From Octopus bimaculoides (taxonomy: Eukaryota): a stretch of 64,000 nt of DNA. The DNA lies in the NCBI RefSeq assembly GCF_001194135.2, contig NC_068998.1, forward strand, positions 10,645,619 through 10,709,618. Direction: 5' to 3'. A model generated the notes under the pieces. It was given only the letters and a program-made list of their open reading frames with translations, was not told where the DNA came from and did not search any database. Made by a program: the position numbers and the translations under genes. Below, one piece after another: positions 35,970-50,760 of the stretch (positions within the stretch are counted from its first letter, which is position 1; the number at the start of each line of letters is the position of its first letter).

Positions 35970-36385
35970 GGCGCAGGGGTGGCTGTGTGGTAAGTAGCTT
36001 GCTCACCAACCAGATGGTTCTGGGTTCAGTTCCACTGCATGGCACCTTGGGCAAGTGTCTTCTACTATAGCCTCGGGCCCACCAAAGCCTTGTGAGTGGA
36101 TTTGATAGACGGAAACTGAAAGAAGCCCGTTGTATATATGTGTATATATATGTATGTATGTATGTATGTGTATATGTTTGTGTGTCTGTGTTTGTCCCCC
36201 CAGAATCGCTTGACAACTGATACTGGTGTGTTTACGTACCTGTAACTTAGCGGTTCGGCAAAAGAGAACGATAGAATAACTACTAGGCTTACAAAGAATA
36301 AGTCCTGGGGTTGATTTGCTTGACTAAAAGTGGTGTTCCAGCATGGCCGCAGTCAAATGACTGAAACCAGTAAAAGAGTAAAAGA
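35970..36385 (+). mobile_element. SINE family A, young full-length reference copy
   Basis: GGCGCAGGGGTGGCTGTGTGGTAAG (A box), GGTTCAGTTCC (B box), CORE-like segment, internal (TA/TG)n and a GTAAAAGA-type tail. Further copies at about 22045, 27800, 28945, 41510, 42988, 45305, 53085, 54820, 55830 and 62290. Confidence 0.9.
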
Positions 36386-37054
36386 ATATAAGTTTTGGTT
36401 GCTCAACNNNNNNNNNNNNNNNNNNNNNNNNNNNNNNNNNNNNNNNNNNNNNNNNNNNNNNNNNNNNNNNNNNNNNNNNNNNNNNNNNNNNNNNNNNNNN
36501 NNNNNNNNNNNNNNNNNNNNNNNNNNNNNNNNNNNNNNNNNNNNNNNNNNNNNNNNNNNNNNNNNNCAAAACAAAACAAACAAAAAAAAAAAAGCAGAAA
36601 AGAAAAAGACAAAATACAAGAGAAATCAATCACCCAGAAAATTTAGTTCACATAAAACAGGACCACACCTAGTAAGAACAAGAAAAACAAAATGAGAAAG
36701 AAAGGAAGGGAGGAAACAAGAGAAAGAAAGACAAAAAGAAATACTCAAAAATGAATTTTAAAAAAAAAGAGAAAAATAGAAAAGAAAAAGTAACCAAAAA
36801 GAAAAGAAAAGAAACAAAAAAAAAGAAAGAAAATAAAGAATTTTTTTTTTTTCTGGCTCTCATACATCTACATGGCTGTAAACTTATTTCTAATGTTCTG
36901 GTATGATTGATTAGTCAGCAGTTTAAATGTGTTTCAGACTTTAAAACTTTCCTCTTTCTTTATTTTTAAGTGTATCAAAAAACTGCCCTGCACATAATGT
37001 CGATCTATTTATGAGTGTTGTAAGTTCTATATTTGAGAGAGAAGGAATTATGTA

Positions 37055-37200
37055 CATTACATTTGATGGATATTTGTCCTCAACTTTTTTGTTGTCAACA
37101 TAACATTTCAGCTGATGTACTCTCCAGCCTTCATCAGGTGTCCTGGGGGAATTTCGAATCTGGGTTCTCATTCCTAAGGTATTTTTCTGATGTTATTTTA
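37055..37200 (-). mobile_element. Penelope-like element terminal fragment
   Basis: Contains a minimal type I hammerhead layout typical of Penelope pLTRs (see the next feature). Confidence 0.6.
37097..37142 (-). ncRNA. Decayed minimal hammerhead ribozyme
   Basis: Minus strand GACAC CUGAUGA A GGCUG gagaguacau CAGCU GAAA UG UU AUGUU. Both core boxes and stem II are present, while stem III and the stem I closing pair are mutated. Confidence 0.65.
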
Positions 37201-37725
37201 TATCTCTCTTTAATGACTGTATTACCTTTAAGAAACATTTTTTGATTAGCTAAAGGAATAAAGGAAAATTTTCTGGGAAAAGATGGAAACTAAGTTAAAC
37301 TTTAATTCACCCATTTGTATTTTGTCATGCATGAATGACAACAAAACCACAATGACTGGACATAACCCATTGGCCAAGTGCAATAAAAGCCAGAAATTTG
37401 AATTTTACAGCCTGTGTGAGTTCTCTCAACCTAAACAAACAACTACACAGTTTATCTGAAGCATAAAATCAAAATTAGGTACTTGCGTAATGTAGTTTAT
37501 TTATGATAGATTTAAGGCTTCATACTTTATTCCAGTACACTGTTACCGTATCATATTTACATACACAGAATCATGCATTTTCCTCAACAAAACCCCTTCA
37601 AAATATCTCTCAATACGTGTATGAAGAAAAGGTCGATAAATAAAGTACCAGTTGAGTACTGTGGTCGATGTGATCGACTGTCCCCCTCCCTACAAAATCC
37701 AGGCCTTGCGCCTATAGTAGAAACG

Positions 37726-37758
<33 letters not shown>

Positions 37759-40700
37759 ATAAGCTGGTTTTCAGAACATTAAGGTACTTACATAAAATCA
37801 TGGTGGAAAATTTTAATGTAGAATATGAACATATTAAAATGTCTAAATTTTGAGTTATATATCCAGAGACAGTTTGTGAGTAGATTAATATTAAAAGGGT
37901 TAAAGATATTTTGAACATTTCAAATTAAAATTTGAGAATTCTTAAGAGGAGATGTTTCTCAATTTAAAAGGTGCAGAATGAATAAACTTTCTATTTTCCA
38001 AAATCTAATAATGAATGAGCTTTTATGCAATCAGGATGCCTAATCCTGCTAGAAATAGCAACCAAATATCTCTCTTGAATTAGTGTTATTATTGTAGAGA
38101 TGTATGTATTGGATATATGAGAGCTCTGAGTATGCTATACCTGGGAAAAAATACAGAATGGTCACAAGAAGAAATGCCTTGATCTTGGGCTTGGATTAAT
38201 CAGAAGTGACCAATAAAAGCAATAACGGTCACATTGATGATCACACTAAAAGTGTTTTCTTGGGGAGAGAAACAAAAATCATTGCACAAACTTTCTGTTT
38301 AGAAAAAGAATTACATTCAAAAAAACTTTCAGTTAAAAGTTGAATATAATGAGTTATGACAAGCCATTTTATCATGAGTAAAATGACAAAATAAGGAGCA
38401 AAGAAATACAATCATAGACCAAGTACTTTGTTAGTATATAGAAAAGAACAAAACACGTAAATCTGTGCTGAACGAAAATAAAGAAAGAAAAGGTATAAAG
38501 TAGAATCTTAGTACATATGGAGTACACCCATGATGTGATATAAAGAAGAAAGAAAGTAAGAACAATCGAAAGATATAACATCACAAATAGCATGACAAAA
38601 AGCGACTACTTCAGTGAATGGAAAATACAGACAGGTTTACTATAGCTGGATATATATAAACTAACAAACAATGAATGTTCATGAATCAGTAATTCACAAT
38701 TACATAAGCAAAAACATCGCTGGAGTTATAAAAAAAAAAAAAAACGTTTTTTTTTTTTAACAGTTCATTATTTATTGAATTACTTTTTGGATCATTACAG
38801 CAATTCACAAATAAGAACGCTGAGTTATATAACAATGATTTATGATAACATTGACATAAAATTTACATCATCATCATCTGACAGGCTGGGAGAGTGAATC
38901 GCAGTAGGGTTTGAACCATGGTTCTGATAATGCTTTCTACCATTGGCATGGTACCTCAAATTTAGAAGAAGGGTACTAATTGATTACATTAATTCCAGTG
39001 CTTGACTACGTCTTATTTTACTACCCCCAAAAGGATGAAAGGCAAAGTAAAGCTTAGTAGAATTTGAACACAGAACATAAAACCAAAAGAAATGCCACTA
39101 AGCATTTTCTCAGAAGTACTAATGATTCCGCAGGCTTGCTGCCCTAAGTATGGCTCATATAATATGAATATGTAAGAGCTGAAAATGCAGGCATTCAAGT
39201 GGAGAGAAGCAGAAAAGGCATCTCAGAGGCAAGAATATTAGAGAGAAGTTATCAAAAGCCTATGCTCTATAGAGAACAAAAAGCTTAAATAAGTAATTAT
39301 ACTCTGTACAACAGTTGGTGTTAAGAAGAGCATCAAGTAGTAGAAACCATGCCAAAAAATAGAATGTATGAGTAAAAGATGGTCCCCAGACTCAACTAAG
39401 ATGGCACAAAGTCCGTCCAAATAAGAAGAAATTAACTCAACTGGTAAAACCCATCCAACCCATTCTCAGGCATGGAAAGCAGATATGAAAACAGTGATGA
39501 TGATAATGGTGATCTCATCTACCTAGTCATCAGCATCGTCATCATTTAACATCTGTTTTCCATGTTGGCATGGGTTAGATGGTTTGACTGGAACCAGCAT
39601 GTCTATATAACAAAGAAGCTTCTAGCCATAAATATGTATTACTAGGTGACCATTATTATTATTATTATGCATTCTGTTATATTACTCTAACCTCAAATCT
39701 TCCCGGGGATGATATTGGTTGGTTGAAGTAGGATAAACTCTGCCAGGCTTGATTATACCCTAACCATATTATATGAAGATTGAAGTCTTCAACAGATTCA
39801 CAATGATACAATGCTAACAGGCAGAGTCGATAACTGACCTGGTAGAAGTGGAAGCCAAATCACTCTCGAGTCACACAGCACCATTTCAAAAGTAAAAAGA
39901 AAAAGAAATATTGGGGAAGGTATTCTTAGGCAATAAAGAAAAAGTGGGGGAGGTCAGAGGGGAAACAGGTGAAGTGTCTTTGACTCAAGATTTGATAAAC
40001 ATTAATCTGGCACTAAACAACAATGACAACAACAACATTAACAGGCCACATTTTATGCATATAAACCTCTGTGTGTGTGTGTGTGTGTGTGTNNNNNNNN
40101 NNNNNNNNNNNNNNNNNNNNNNNNNNNNNNNNNNNNNNNNNNNNNNNNNNNNNNNNNNNNNNNNNNNNNNNNNNNNNNNNNNNNNNNNNNNNNNNNNNNN
40201 NNNNNNNNNNNNNNNNNNNNNNNNNNNNNNNNNNNNNNNNNNNNNNNNNNNNNNNNNNNNNNNNNNNAGCTATGTATACTTACCTTTTCCTGGGACATGC
40301 CCAGATAAATTCGTTTTAGTTTTACTTTTGCCTATAAAATAGAAAAAAAAAAACAGACAAACATAAAATAAAGGAAGCTAAGATTGATTACTGAACACCT
40401 CCAAAACACCTTTTATCTTATACAGAAAAAAAAAAAAAAATCGATATTGATGGAACAAACCATTAGAGTTACTACAAAGTCAAATCACATGCAGAAGAAC
40501 TAAAATACTTCTCTCTCTCTCTCTCTCTCTCTCTGGTGAACGGTTCAGCTCAGAATGTTAGACTTCTCTTCATCACCAAAATAGTTTATTTCACTTTCTG
40601 AAATTTTCTCTACATTGAGTTTAGAAACTTTGTTTCAAATTTGTTCTCTTTGTTACCTCTTGAGTTTTTAAAATTTATCTCAGGGATAGGCTTTTGTTTT

Positions 40701-42509
40701 AAGTAATTCATGTTAACTATTTGTGCAACAGATTATAAAATTAAATACATTATTTAGCAATTAAACAAAAACAGATGTGGACATAAATACATGTATATGT
40801 ACACACATACACATATACACATACATGAATACATACTATACACATACATACATGTATACATAATCCTCACCCTTATTTAATGTCCATTTTTCATGCTGGT
40901 ATGACACAATCTGGCATGCCAAAGGGTTGTGACAACCTCCAGTGTCAGGTATGGCACATATGCACTATGTGTGTGTGTGTGTGTGTGCTTGTGCAAATAT
41001 ATATATATATATATATGGGAGAATATACAAAAAATAACAACAGATGAGGACAGGTGGTGTAAATAACAAAAGTTGAGTGCTGTGTGTGTTGTGTGTGTGA
41101 TTTAAAATTATTCAAGTTAAAACATTCCATCAAAATTTCTTAATTTACATTACAAACATCAGCTTAATAATAATGGTTACTTTCAGTAAATTCCTTAATT
41201 ATTCTAAACATTGATTGAAATGAAGGCAGTGAATTTCAATAGAAATCAATAACAAAAAGGGTTTATACAAATAAATTGAAAAGTCTATTTAGCCACATAG
41301 GAAGGTCCCTATAAAAACAAGACTTTCTCCCATACAACACATTCACACAATTATCAAAGAGTATAGACCAAAAGGAAAACGTTTCAGCTTTTCAGAAGTG
41401 CTTTGTATCTAACAGTTTGCGCAAGTTGGGGGTCAGATAAATAACTGCTTACTTGTTATTCTCATGACAATAACGGACACATTTATTTATCAGATTCCAA
41501 ATGTTTATTTCTTAACCACATGATTTTAAGTTCAGTCCCAATGTGTGGCACCTTGGACAAATGTCCTTTATTCTAACCCCAGGCCAACTAAAGCCTTGCA
41601 AGTAGATTTTGTAGACAGACACTGAAAGAAGTCCATCACGTGTGTGTATATGTATATATGATGGATTTTCTCACTGAAGATGACATATGAGTGTCCAGCT
41701 TTTGCTGAATGACCTGCCCAAATGGTTTGTTTATAGTGATTAAATGTATGTGCCATATATTAGCTCACTCACTCCACCAAATTGACATTGTTTAAACAGG
41801 TGTACTGTGTACCAGGTGTTCAGGTGATTGCAGAGCAACATGAGCTGACGTGTTTTGCTCAAGAACACAACACACCACCCGGCCTAGGAATTGAAATCAT
41901 GATTGCTAGATTGTGAATGCAACACCCTAACCACTAAGCCATGTGCCCTGACATATATATATATATATGATTGATTTGATCTGACTTAATATCAATAATA
42001 TTTTTATTTAGCTACCAACTATATTCACTCAAATATAACATGAGAAATTTAATTCGAACCATTAGGGTTAATGGTGGGAAGGGCAGATAGCACTATACTT
42101 AAGTATGAGAAAAGGTAGGAAGGTAATAGATATCACATGATAATCAAAATCACATTGCACCTGAATGAATACATTAGCTTTGGGGGCTGGAAAGGACAGT
42201 TGTTTGTTAAACACTAATATTGGAAATGTAGTGACTCTTCAAGATTGGATACATTCATCAACAAGTGTTTTTTAATCAGATCAGATCTACAGATTTCAGT
42301 GTGAATGGGTGTTGAGACAGTCACATGTTGTATCTGTTCTCATGGATATGACTTAATATGAGTGAAATAAAATAGCTATAACAGAGCGTGAAAAGTGCCC
42401 TGAAGATTTAAGTTTGAGTCAACAGAAGCATACATTTTATTCTAAATGTAGGCATTGTGTGTGTATGTATATCATCATCATTGTTCAACGTCTGCCTTCC
42501 ATGCTGGCA

Positions 42510-42574
<65 letters not shown>

Positions 42575-45487
42575 NNNNNNNNNNNNNNNNNNNNNNNNNN
42601 NNNNNNNNNNNNNNNNNNNNNNNNNNNNNNNNNNNNNNNNNNNNNNNNNNNNNNNNNNNNNNNNNNNNNNNNNNNNNNNNNNNNNNNNNNNNNNNNNNNN
42701 NNNNNNNNNNNNNNNNNNNNNNNNNNNNNNNNNNNNNNNNNNNNNNNNNNNNNNNNNNNNNNNNNNNNNNNNNNNNNNNNNNNNNNNNNNNNNNNNNNNN
42801 NNNNNNNNNNNNNNNNNNNNNNNNNNNNNNNNNNNNNNNNNNNNNNNNNNNNNNNNNNNNNNNNNNNNNNNNNNNNNNNNNNNNNNNNNNNNNNNNNNNN
42901 NNNNNNNNNNNNNNNNNNNNNNNNNNNNNNNNNNNNNNNNNNNNNNNNNNNNNNNNNNNNNNNNNNNNNNNNNNNNNNNNNNNNNNNGTCTTCTACTATA
43001 GCCTCGGGCCAACCAAAGCCTTGTGAGTGGATTTGGTAGACGGAAACTGAAAGAAGCCCGTCGTATATATGTATATATGTATGTGTGTATGTGTGTATGT
43101 GTGTCTATGTTTGTCCCCCCCATCATCGCTTGACAACCGATGCTGGTGTGTTTACGTCCCCGTAACTTAGCAATTCGGCAAAAGAGACCGATAGAATAAG
43201 TACTAGGCTTCCAAAGAATAAGTCCTGGGGTTAATTTGTTCGACTAAAGGTGGTGCTCCAGCATGGCCACAGTCAAAAGACTGAAACAAGTAAAAGAGTA
43301 AAAGAGTAATCATATAATTATAAAATCTGGGTTTCATCCATCCCTCTTCTCTGCCCACTACTCCTGGGGAAGGAGTCGTGAGGGTAGAGTCCTCCATGAA
43401 GAAACCGTCATTAGATTCTCCAGCTGAATTTCTAAGCATGACCAACTATCTCATTTTTGATCAACCCCTAGGTTTCCTGCAATTTGGATCATCTCGAAGA
43501 ATTCATCTTGAGATTCTTTCCTGCAACATTCAAATCACATGTCCACAGTATGAGAGCTGTGACTACCTATTGGTGACATAGCAGCTCCACCTGGTTTCTA
43601 AGCTATGTACCCTGTTCAGTAACGTTACTCCAAAGATCCTTCAGAAGAACCCTACATCGACTGTCTATATTCATGATTGAACCCTTTCAGGCATTACTGA
43701 TTGTTAATGGAACATTAACTGATATGCCACCTCCTATTAAAATTAACGACTATAGGCAAGGTTAAGCATAAAAACTAAATTGAAGGTAGCAAGTTTGGCT
43801 TTTTTTTTAACAGCCTCTCTTCTGTGCGTGTGTGTGTGTGTGTGTGTGCATGTGTGTGTGTGTGTCTGTATGTGTNNNNNNNNNNTGTGGTAGGGGTGCA
43901 TATGTAATATCATTTAATAATCACTGATAAAGAAAGAAGATTAAAAAAAAATTTTAAAGCAAAAATTGGGGAAGCAGAACATAAATATGAAGGAATTAAT
44001 TTAGACTGAAGATTGACAATTAAAATGGACTGAAATTGTCTTCTTGATTGGTACAAAAAGATTTTACACACATACATATATGTATCTGTTAGAAATAACA
44101 GTTAAATCTCCCTTAAATCACTCATCATTAACTTAAGGAAGGACTTATTAGACAGTGCAGTTTACTGCCCAAACAACAACAAAAAGCAGTGTTCTCATGA
44201 TTAAGAATGCTTTTGGTCAAAGAATCTGCACATTTAGAACTGACCTGAATCTAAACAACCGCAAAGCTTTATTATTTGTTGATATTCTTAGCCGAGTCAC
44301 TAAAATGCTAAAATATGACTCAATGTAAAATTTGTAATCAAATTAGGACGAAAAATAAATTTCAAATAAAAATATAAAACCGGGTTACAGATAAAATATT
44401 GAATTACAAGCGCCAATGCATGAATTATAAGTAGAGTTATCTCCCTTGCACGCTTTTCCTTCTAATTCGTTTGCATGATTATTTTACGATCGTTAGCACG
44501 CAAGACAAAATGTTTAGCGACATTTCATTCGTCTTTACGTTCTGAATATAAATGCCGCCAAAATTGTCTTTGTTTTTCATCTTTTCTAGGTCGATGTAAC
44601 CTACTAGCTTACTCCATTAAGTTTCAGGCTTCGTGCCTGTAACAGAAAGGATTACATCTCGATACAAGGATGATTGAGTGTGATAGAATGAGCTGTGTAA
44701 TGGACAGAAATACTTTATGGCATTTAACTTCAGTCCTTTATGCCCAGAGTTCAAACCCTGCTATGGTTGAGTTTGACTTTCATTTTTCATAATCAGTAAA
44801 ATAGATAGTAGAGAAGAACATTGAAGCTCTGACATCTGGTAACTACACTTGGTAAACCCCTACAAAATTATTAACCAGTGTGCAAACAATCACCTTGAGC
44901 ACCTTTTTGAACTCCATGTGTCTTTGTAGACACATGTGGGCATGTCTACAAAGTCAGAAAACAGCACAGCTCCCATGACTTTTGGAAACAATTTTTCACA
45001 CTCAGAGTTGCTGAAGCATGGAACAAACTACCAATATCAGTTGTTAGCTGCCGAAACATTGCATCCTTTAAAACCTCCATGCTTCCTGAAATTTGCCAAC
45101 ACTACATCTGATATCCTCCTGCCATACGCATGCACACATCTATATCACGACTCATACACTGTTCACTTTCCTGACATTTGTACATAATTCTATGCACGTT
45201 GATAAGTTGTAGTGCACCAGAGCACTATACACAATAATTTCATTGTTATTATTAAATACATGATGTGAAAATTATGAGAGGCTAACATACATATATGCAC
45301 ATACATGATGGACTTCTTCCAGTTCCGATCAACCAAATCCGCTCACAAGATTTTGGTTGGCTCAGGGCTATTGTAGAAGACACTTGCTCAAGACGCCATG
45401 CAGTGAGACTGAACCTGAAACTGTGTCACTGCGAAGCAAACATCATAATCACACAGCCACACCTGCATAATCACACTAATCTAGTAA

Positions 45488-45800
45488 AAAAACAAAGGGT
45501 AAAGACCCCCTTCGGTCGTGAATGACCATGGGATTGCATCTAGAAAATTCCCCTCCAAGGTACAAGTCTGGGCAAATTTGTTTATGGAAAACTAGCAGAT
45601 GCCCATGTATCCCAGCTTCCTCTCTCCATGCCACCAATGTTATCCAAGGGAAAAGCAAAGACTGATACAGCTTGGCACCAGTGACGTTGTAACTCATTTC
45701 TACAGCTGAGTGACACAACACAACCCAGTCTAGAAATCCAACACACCATCTCATGATTGTGAGCCTAACGATGTAACCACTGAGCCATGCATCTTCACAC
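45488..45800 (-). mobile_element. tRNA-derived SINE (further family or variant)
   Basis: Minus-strand head GTGAAGATGCATGGCTCAGTGGTT (A box). The tail module differs from families A-C. Confidence 0.6.
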
Positions 45801-46645
45801 TAACCTTGTAGAGCCTGCAAATGTCATCAACATTTCCTAATTTCTTTTAACTAACAATTTAACAAAACTTCCTACTGCTTTTGCTAAAAAAATTTGTGTT
45901 AATTATGCACAAACTACCACTAACTGATGAAATCCTTAAGCATTAAGAATAAACTAGAATTTGAGAGTTTACAGGAAGATCTAGTGTATTTAAATGTACT
46001 TTCTGAATAATTTATTTCTAACTACTTCAGTCAGTTATTGACAGGCTGTGGTTAATATTTGCTTTCAGTCTATCCCAGATATAATTCCATTGGGTGCATT
46101 ATTGCAGTGTTTCTATACAGTGTTTACATATCTGTTTATAATTAAGTTAATTAAAATCTCTCTCTGATGAGTTTAGTTACTGCAACTGTAACAGGTGTTA
46201 AGAGGAAAATGTTATTAGATATAGATTCAAAAATTTAAAGAAGATCTCTCTCTCTCTCCCCCTCTCTCTCTCTCTAAAACAGTATATGTTTATAAAGCTT
46301 TGAAGCCATGTCATATTTGAGATGACCAGGTGATTTGTAGTTCTGTAATCTGTCCAGGGGAGCAGTGACACCCAAACCAGTTGATTAAACCGTATGTAAC
46401 CATCTGACCCATGTCAGCATAAAGAACAGACATTAAATGATGATAATGCTGATGAAGACAAGCACAAGTGCTCTCCTCCCCAGAGGGAAGAAAAAGTGAT
46501 GTCAACTGTAAAGTGACCTGAACTCAGAATCTAACGACACATAAATTACTGAGCATCGTTGAATTTACCATTCTACCATTCCTGTCAACAGTAGCAGTAC
46601 TAGTAATAGCAGTAGAGTATTATGGAGAGCCATTGTCTTGAAGGT

Positions 46646-46683
<38 letters not shown>

Positions 46684-47025
46684 TAGAGGTTGTTCTGATT
46701 ATCAAAACTATTGTAACTAATGAGCAATCTGACATCCTGGGGTCAGCTAATTAAAATCTATGTCAATGAGAGAGAGAAAGAGAGAGAGAGGGGGGGAGAG
46801 AAGAATAATTGTGGTTCTGTCGATTCGTTATGCAACATTAAACGAGATTGAATGTATTCGCTGAAAGAAGACAACAGTTGCAGACCGATGTAATTATCTT
46901 AAGCTTGGAATATTTCCCAAGACATGGCTAGCAGGCAGAAAGACAATAGTCATTTGCAAAGAACAGAGAGACAGACTGACATTGATAAAGAAAGGGAGAG
47001 AAAAACGATTAAAACACACACACAC

Positions 47026-47068
<43 letters not shown>

Positions 47069-47779
47069 AGAGTGTAGGATAGGTAGAGATTTAAAAGGAT
47101 AGTGTAGTTGAAATTTTCAAAGAATTACATAGATAAAAAGAGGAGTGAAGGCGGCATTGAAAAAACTTACTATAACAAAAATACAAAAGCTGAAAAAAAA
47201 CCCCATAATATGATAGCAGAAAGACTAGCCTGACTCATGTCCTAGACATATTAAATAAAGCGTGACCAATTATCTCTGTACTCAGAAGAATTGCAAGTCA
47301 AGGAATAAAAAGAACAATCCTTGCTTACAGTGCTACATATACTATGATTAGTACTCTTGTGTTTAATCTAAGGCTACTTATAGTGAATGGATTTTCTTAA
47401 TGAAATATGCTTTAATAATAGAAATGTGCGTACATGTTTACAAGTATTATTTATATATATATTTATATAGATTATATATTATGTATGTTATACATACTCA
47501 CATTTGATCTTTGAAAGAAATTATACTTTAATAACAGATATACATAAATATATATCCAAATATATATATATATATATATATATAATATGAATAAAATGTA
47601 ATTTATACTTCTATATATTTATATTATACATAGATAATTGTACTTTATTCATACATACATACATACAAACAAACATGCATCTGGTTGGTATTGCAAACAT
47701 TTTATAAACTTTTAAGAGAGCACAAAATAATTTCTTTTTGCTAGAAGTGGGTCTCAAAGCTGATAAAGCTATGAATAAT

Positions 47780-50190
47780 TGCATGTAGATATTAGGTAGA
47801 AAAATGCAGCTGCTCACAAGCATCTTGGACTTTATTTATCCAAAATGGATAACATTACTCAAGAGACCTTTCAATGAAACTCCATTTCGGCCACATGTTC
47901 ACAATTGTACCATTTCAGTCATTACCAAATATTCGTGTAAATAGGTGAGGATAGGCATGAAAACGAAATTGAAAATCACAAAATTGGATTTCTTTTACCA
48001 ACCTCATCTCTCTTGAGAATACATGAATTTCTAAATGATAATGATCAATCACAAATGACAACTTTACCAACATATGCAAGTGGCAATAACTACATCAGGC
48101 CTCAACTTGGTCATAATTAATATACCTCACTTTATTATACTGATGTTAACTGATCCCATAAATTATACTTCTGGCCAGGCTGTGATTATTTTTAGTTCAT
48201 CTGCTCAACAAAATTCATTCACTGATATTTTATCTTCTGACACAAAAATTCCAAACAGTAAATGATTGGATTGGATTGGTTTGTCCTAAATTACTCATTC
48301 TCCTGTATTGATTAGAATTTAATTCTTTCTGAGGAAAATGCTTAACTTAATTGGCATAAGTTCAAAACATTCTATTTTAATATGATCAGAGGTCATTCCT
48401 GGTCAATATCTAATTGAAAACAGTCTGCTAATTGCTTACCTATAATTCTTTTGCTAAACTAATAATTCTTTGGCTAAACTAAAAGCTGACAAGGCAAGAA
48501 TTTCGAAACTATTTATCTGATATATGAGGTAGTTCCTACTTTGATTTTGCCAAAATTAGAAAACAACTGTGATTATATTAGACTCAATAAATCTACTCAT
48601 CTCTTATCTGCAAATATGAAATAAACTCTAAAAACTGGCACAAATTAGCCAAATATTGGTATCTTGGGGAGAAAGTTTCTGAATGTACTCTGTCTTCAGT
48701 TTATATATGAGTCTTCCATGCTGGCATGAGTCGGACTGTTTGACAAGAGCTGATAAGCCACAGAGCTGCACCAAACTCCAGTGTCTGCTTTGGCATCGGT
48801 TCTATGGCTGGATGCCCTTCCTAATGCCAACCAATTTACAGAGTGTACTGGGTACTTATGTGGAACCAGCACTTGTGCTTTTATGTGGCACCATCACTTG
48901 TGGGGTTGCCAAATAACTTGCAAGATGAAGACCTCTCAGCTGGGGGAAAGAGTGGAACCATGAGCAGTGGCTTTGTGCCAGGAGGTGAAAAGTTTAGAGA
49001 ATAACAGAGATAGAAATTATCATCATCATTAGGACAGTTTGATAGGATCTGATGAGACCAAAGGCTGCAGTGTGCTCCAGTGTCTACTTTGGCATGGTTC
49101 CAATGGCTGGATGCCTTGCCTAACACTAACCACTTTACAGTATCTACAGGGTGCTTTTTCATGCCACCAGGTGTGCGTTTGTGTGTACCATTGTCTTCGA
49201 CATCATGTGATGGTTGTAAACGATCATCATCATCATCATCATCATACAAGCAATAATTGTTTCTAGTCTTCCATGAAAAACATGTCTGGCTATAGGAAAA
49301 TATTCCCTTGCTTGGAAACAGGTAAGGGTTGGCGACAAGAATATCCAACCATTGAACAATCTACCTCAACAAATTCTGTTTGATCCACGCAAACATGGAA
49401 AAGTGATGTCGATGACTCCATGCAGTTGATATACAAAAGTGCCTTCCTTACAGAATATGTAAATGTTATTTTAGATGGTTAGACAACTTTCTTCATAGGA
49501 CTCAAAGGATTAGGAATCAGTAGTGTATTTTATGATTTATGCATAATAACAGAAGCAAGATAGCTCAGAGATTGTTTCTTTTATTAATGATTTACAAATA
49601 TTCTTATTTATCTTCAGAAACTGGTTTCTTCTGACGTCCATCAAATTGGTTTAATTTATACTGACACTGCTATGCTTATTATAATTGGTTTGTCTAAAGG
49701 TGTTATTTCAAGGTAACAAAACCATGGCTTAGATCATATTGCAGACTGGGCTTGTAAATGGGGCATACACTTTAAACAACTCAACCAAAGAAGAAAAAAA
49801 ATAAAGATGGTAAAAAAACAAAAATGTTGGTTCATTCTCTTCTAAATTGGGTCAAATGCCATCAAACAATGAAATGTTTTAATCACCCTGTTGCATTTGC
49901 AAAGAAATACACTTATCTAGGATTTTGGTCTATTGTTAGCCTCAAATTTAAATGCCACGTTTATCAAGTATACAAAATGGTTTCATCTCACCTGTTTTGC
50001 TATGCCCAACAACCATATCACCTACCTAAGAAGTTTTTCAAATAATATACAAAAGCTACATTCTTCTTCATTTTGAGTATTTCTCACCAGTTTGAGCTGC
50101 ACTAAATTTATCACAGGAAAATTGTCTTGAGAAACTTCAAAAGACCAGCTATAAGAATTATCTTGAAATATCTTTTCTGAAACCCTTGTA
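47780..50190 (+). mobile_element. Highly decayed CR1/L2-type LINE ORF2, interrupted by SINEs
   Basis: Endonuclease-like remnants (FYQPH, IFSS, GLS*.THSPVLI) at about 47780-48320. RT-end motifs YTDTAML, LDHIADWACKWGIHF, KKYTYLG and YKSYILLHFEYFSPV*..LEKLQ at about 49640-50160. Confidence 0.6.
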
Positions 50191-50372
50191 TTTTGCAAAT
50201 TATATCAAACTACATCCACTTCTTTATCATCATCATCATTACCACTAACACCACCACCATCAACATCATCATTTTTTTAACATCCATCTTCCATGCTAGC
50301 AAGGGTTGATAGTTTGACATGATCTGAATGGGTTGGAGGACCATGTTTAGCTCCAGTATCTGCTTTGACATG

Positions 50373-50760
50373 TGGAGGTGCAATGGCCCAGTGGTTAGGG
50401 CAGAGGACTCGCTGTCATAGGATCGCCGTTTTGATTCCCAGACCGGGTGTTGTGAGTATCTATTGAGCGAAAACACCTAAAGCTCCACGAGGCTCTGGCA
50501 GGAGATGGTGGCGAACCCTGCTGTACTCTTCCACCACAACTTTCTCTCACCCTTACTTCCTGTTTCTGTTGTGCGTGTAATTCAAAGGGTCAGCCTTGTC
50601 ACACTGTGTCACGCTGAATATACCCGAGAACAACGTTAAGGGTACACGTGTCTGTGGAGTGCTCAGCCACTTGCACGTTAATTTCACGAGCAGGCTGTTC
50701 CGTTGATTGGATCAATTGGAACCCTCGACGTCGTAAGCAACGGAGTGCTAACAACAACAA
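50373..50760 (+). mobile_element. tRNA-derived SINE family C, intact with 13-bp TSD
   Basis: Head TGGAGGTGCAATGGCCCAGTGGTTAGGGC, B-box-like TTTTGATTCCC and (AAC)n tail. TSD CTGCTTTGACATG at 50360-50372 and 50761-50773. Confidence 0.92.

Noticed and set aside
35970-36045. tRNA-like A/B boxes here and in other SINE heads
   Set aside because: They continue into SINE bodies, are multi-copy and lack a full cloverleaf, so they are not tRNA genes.
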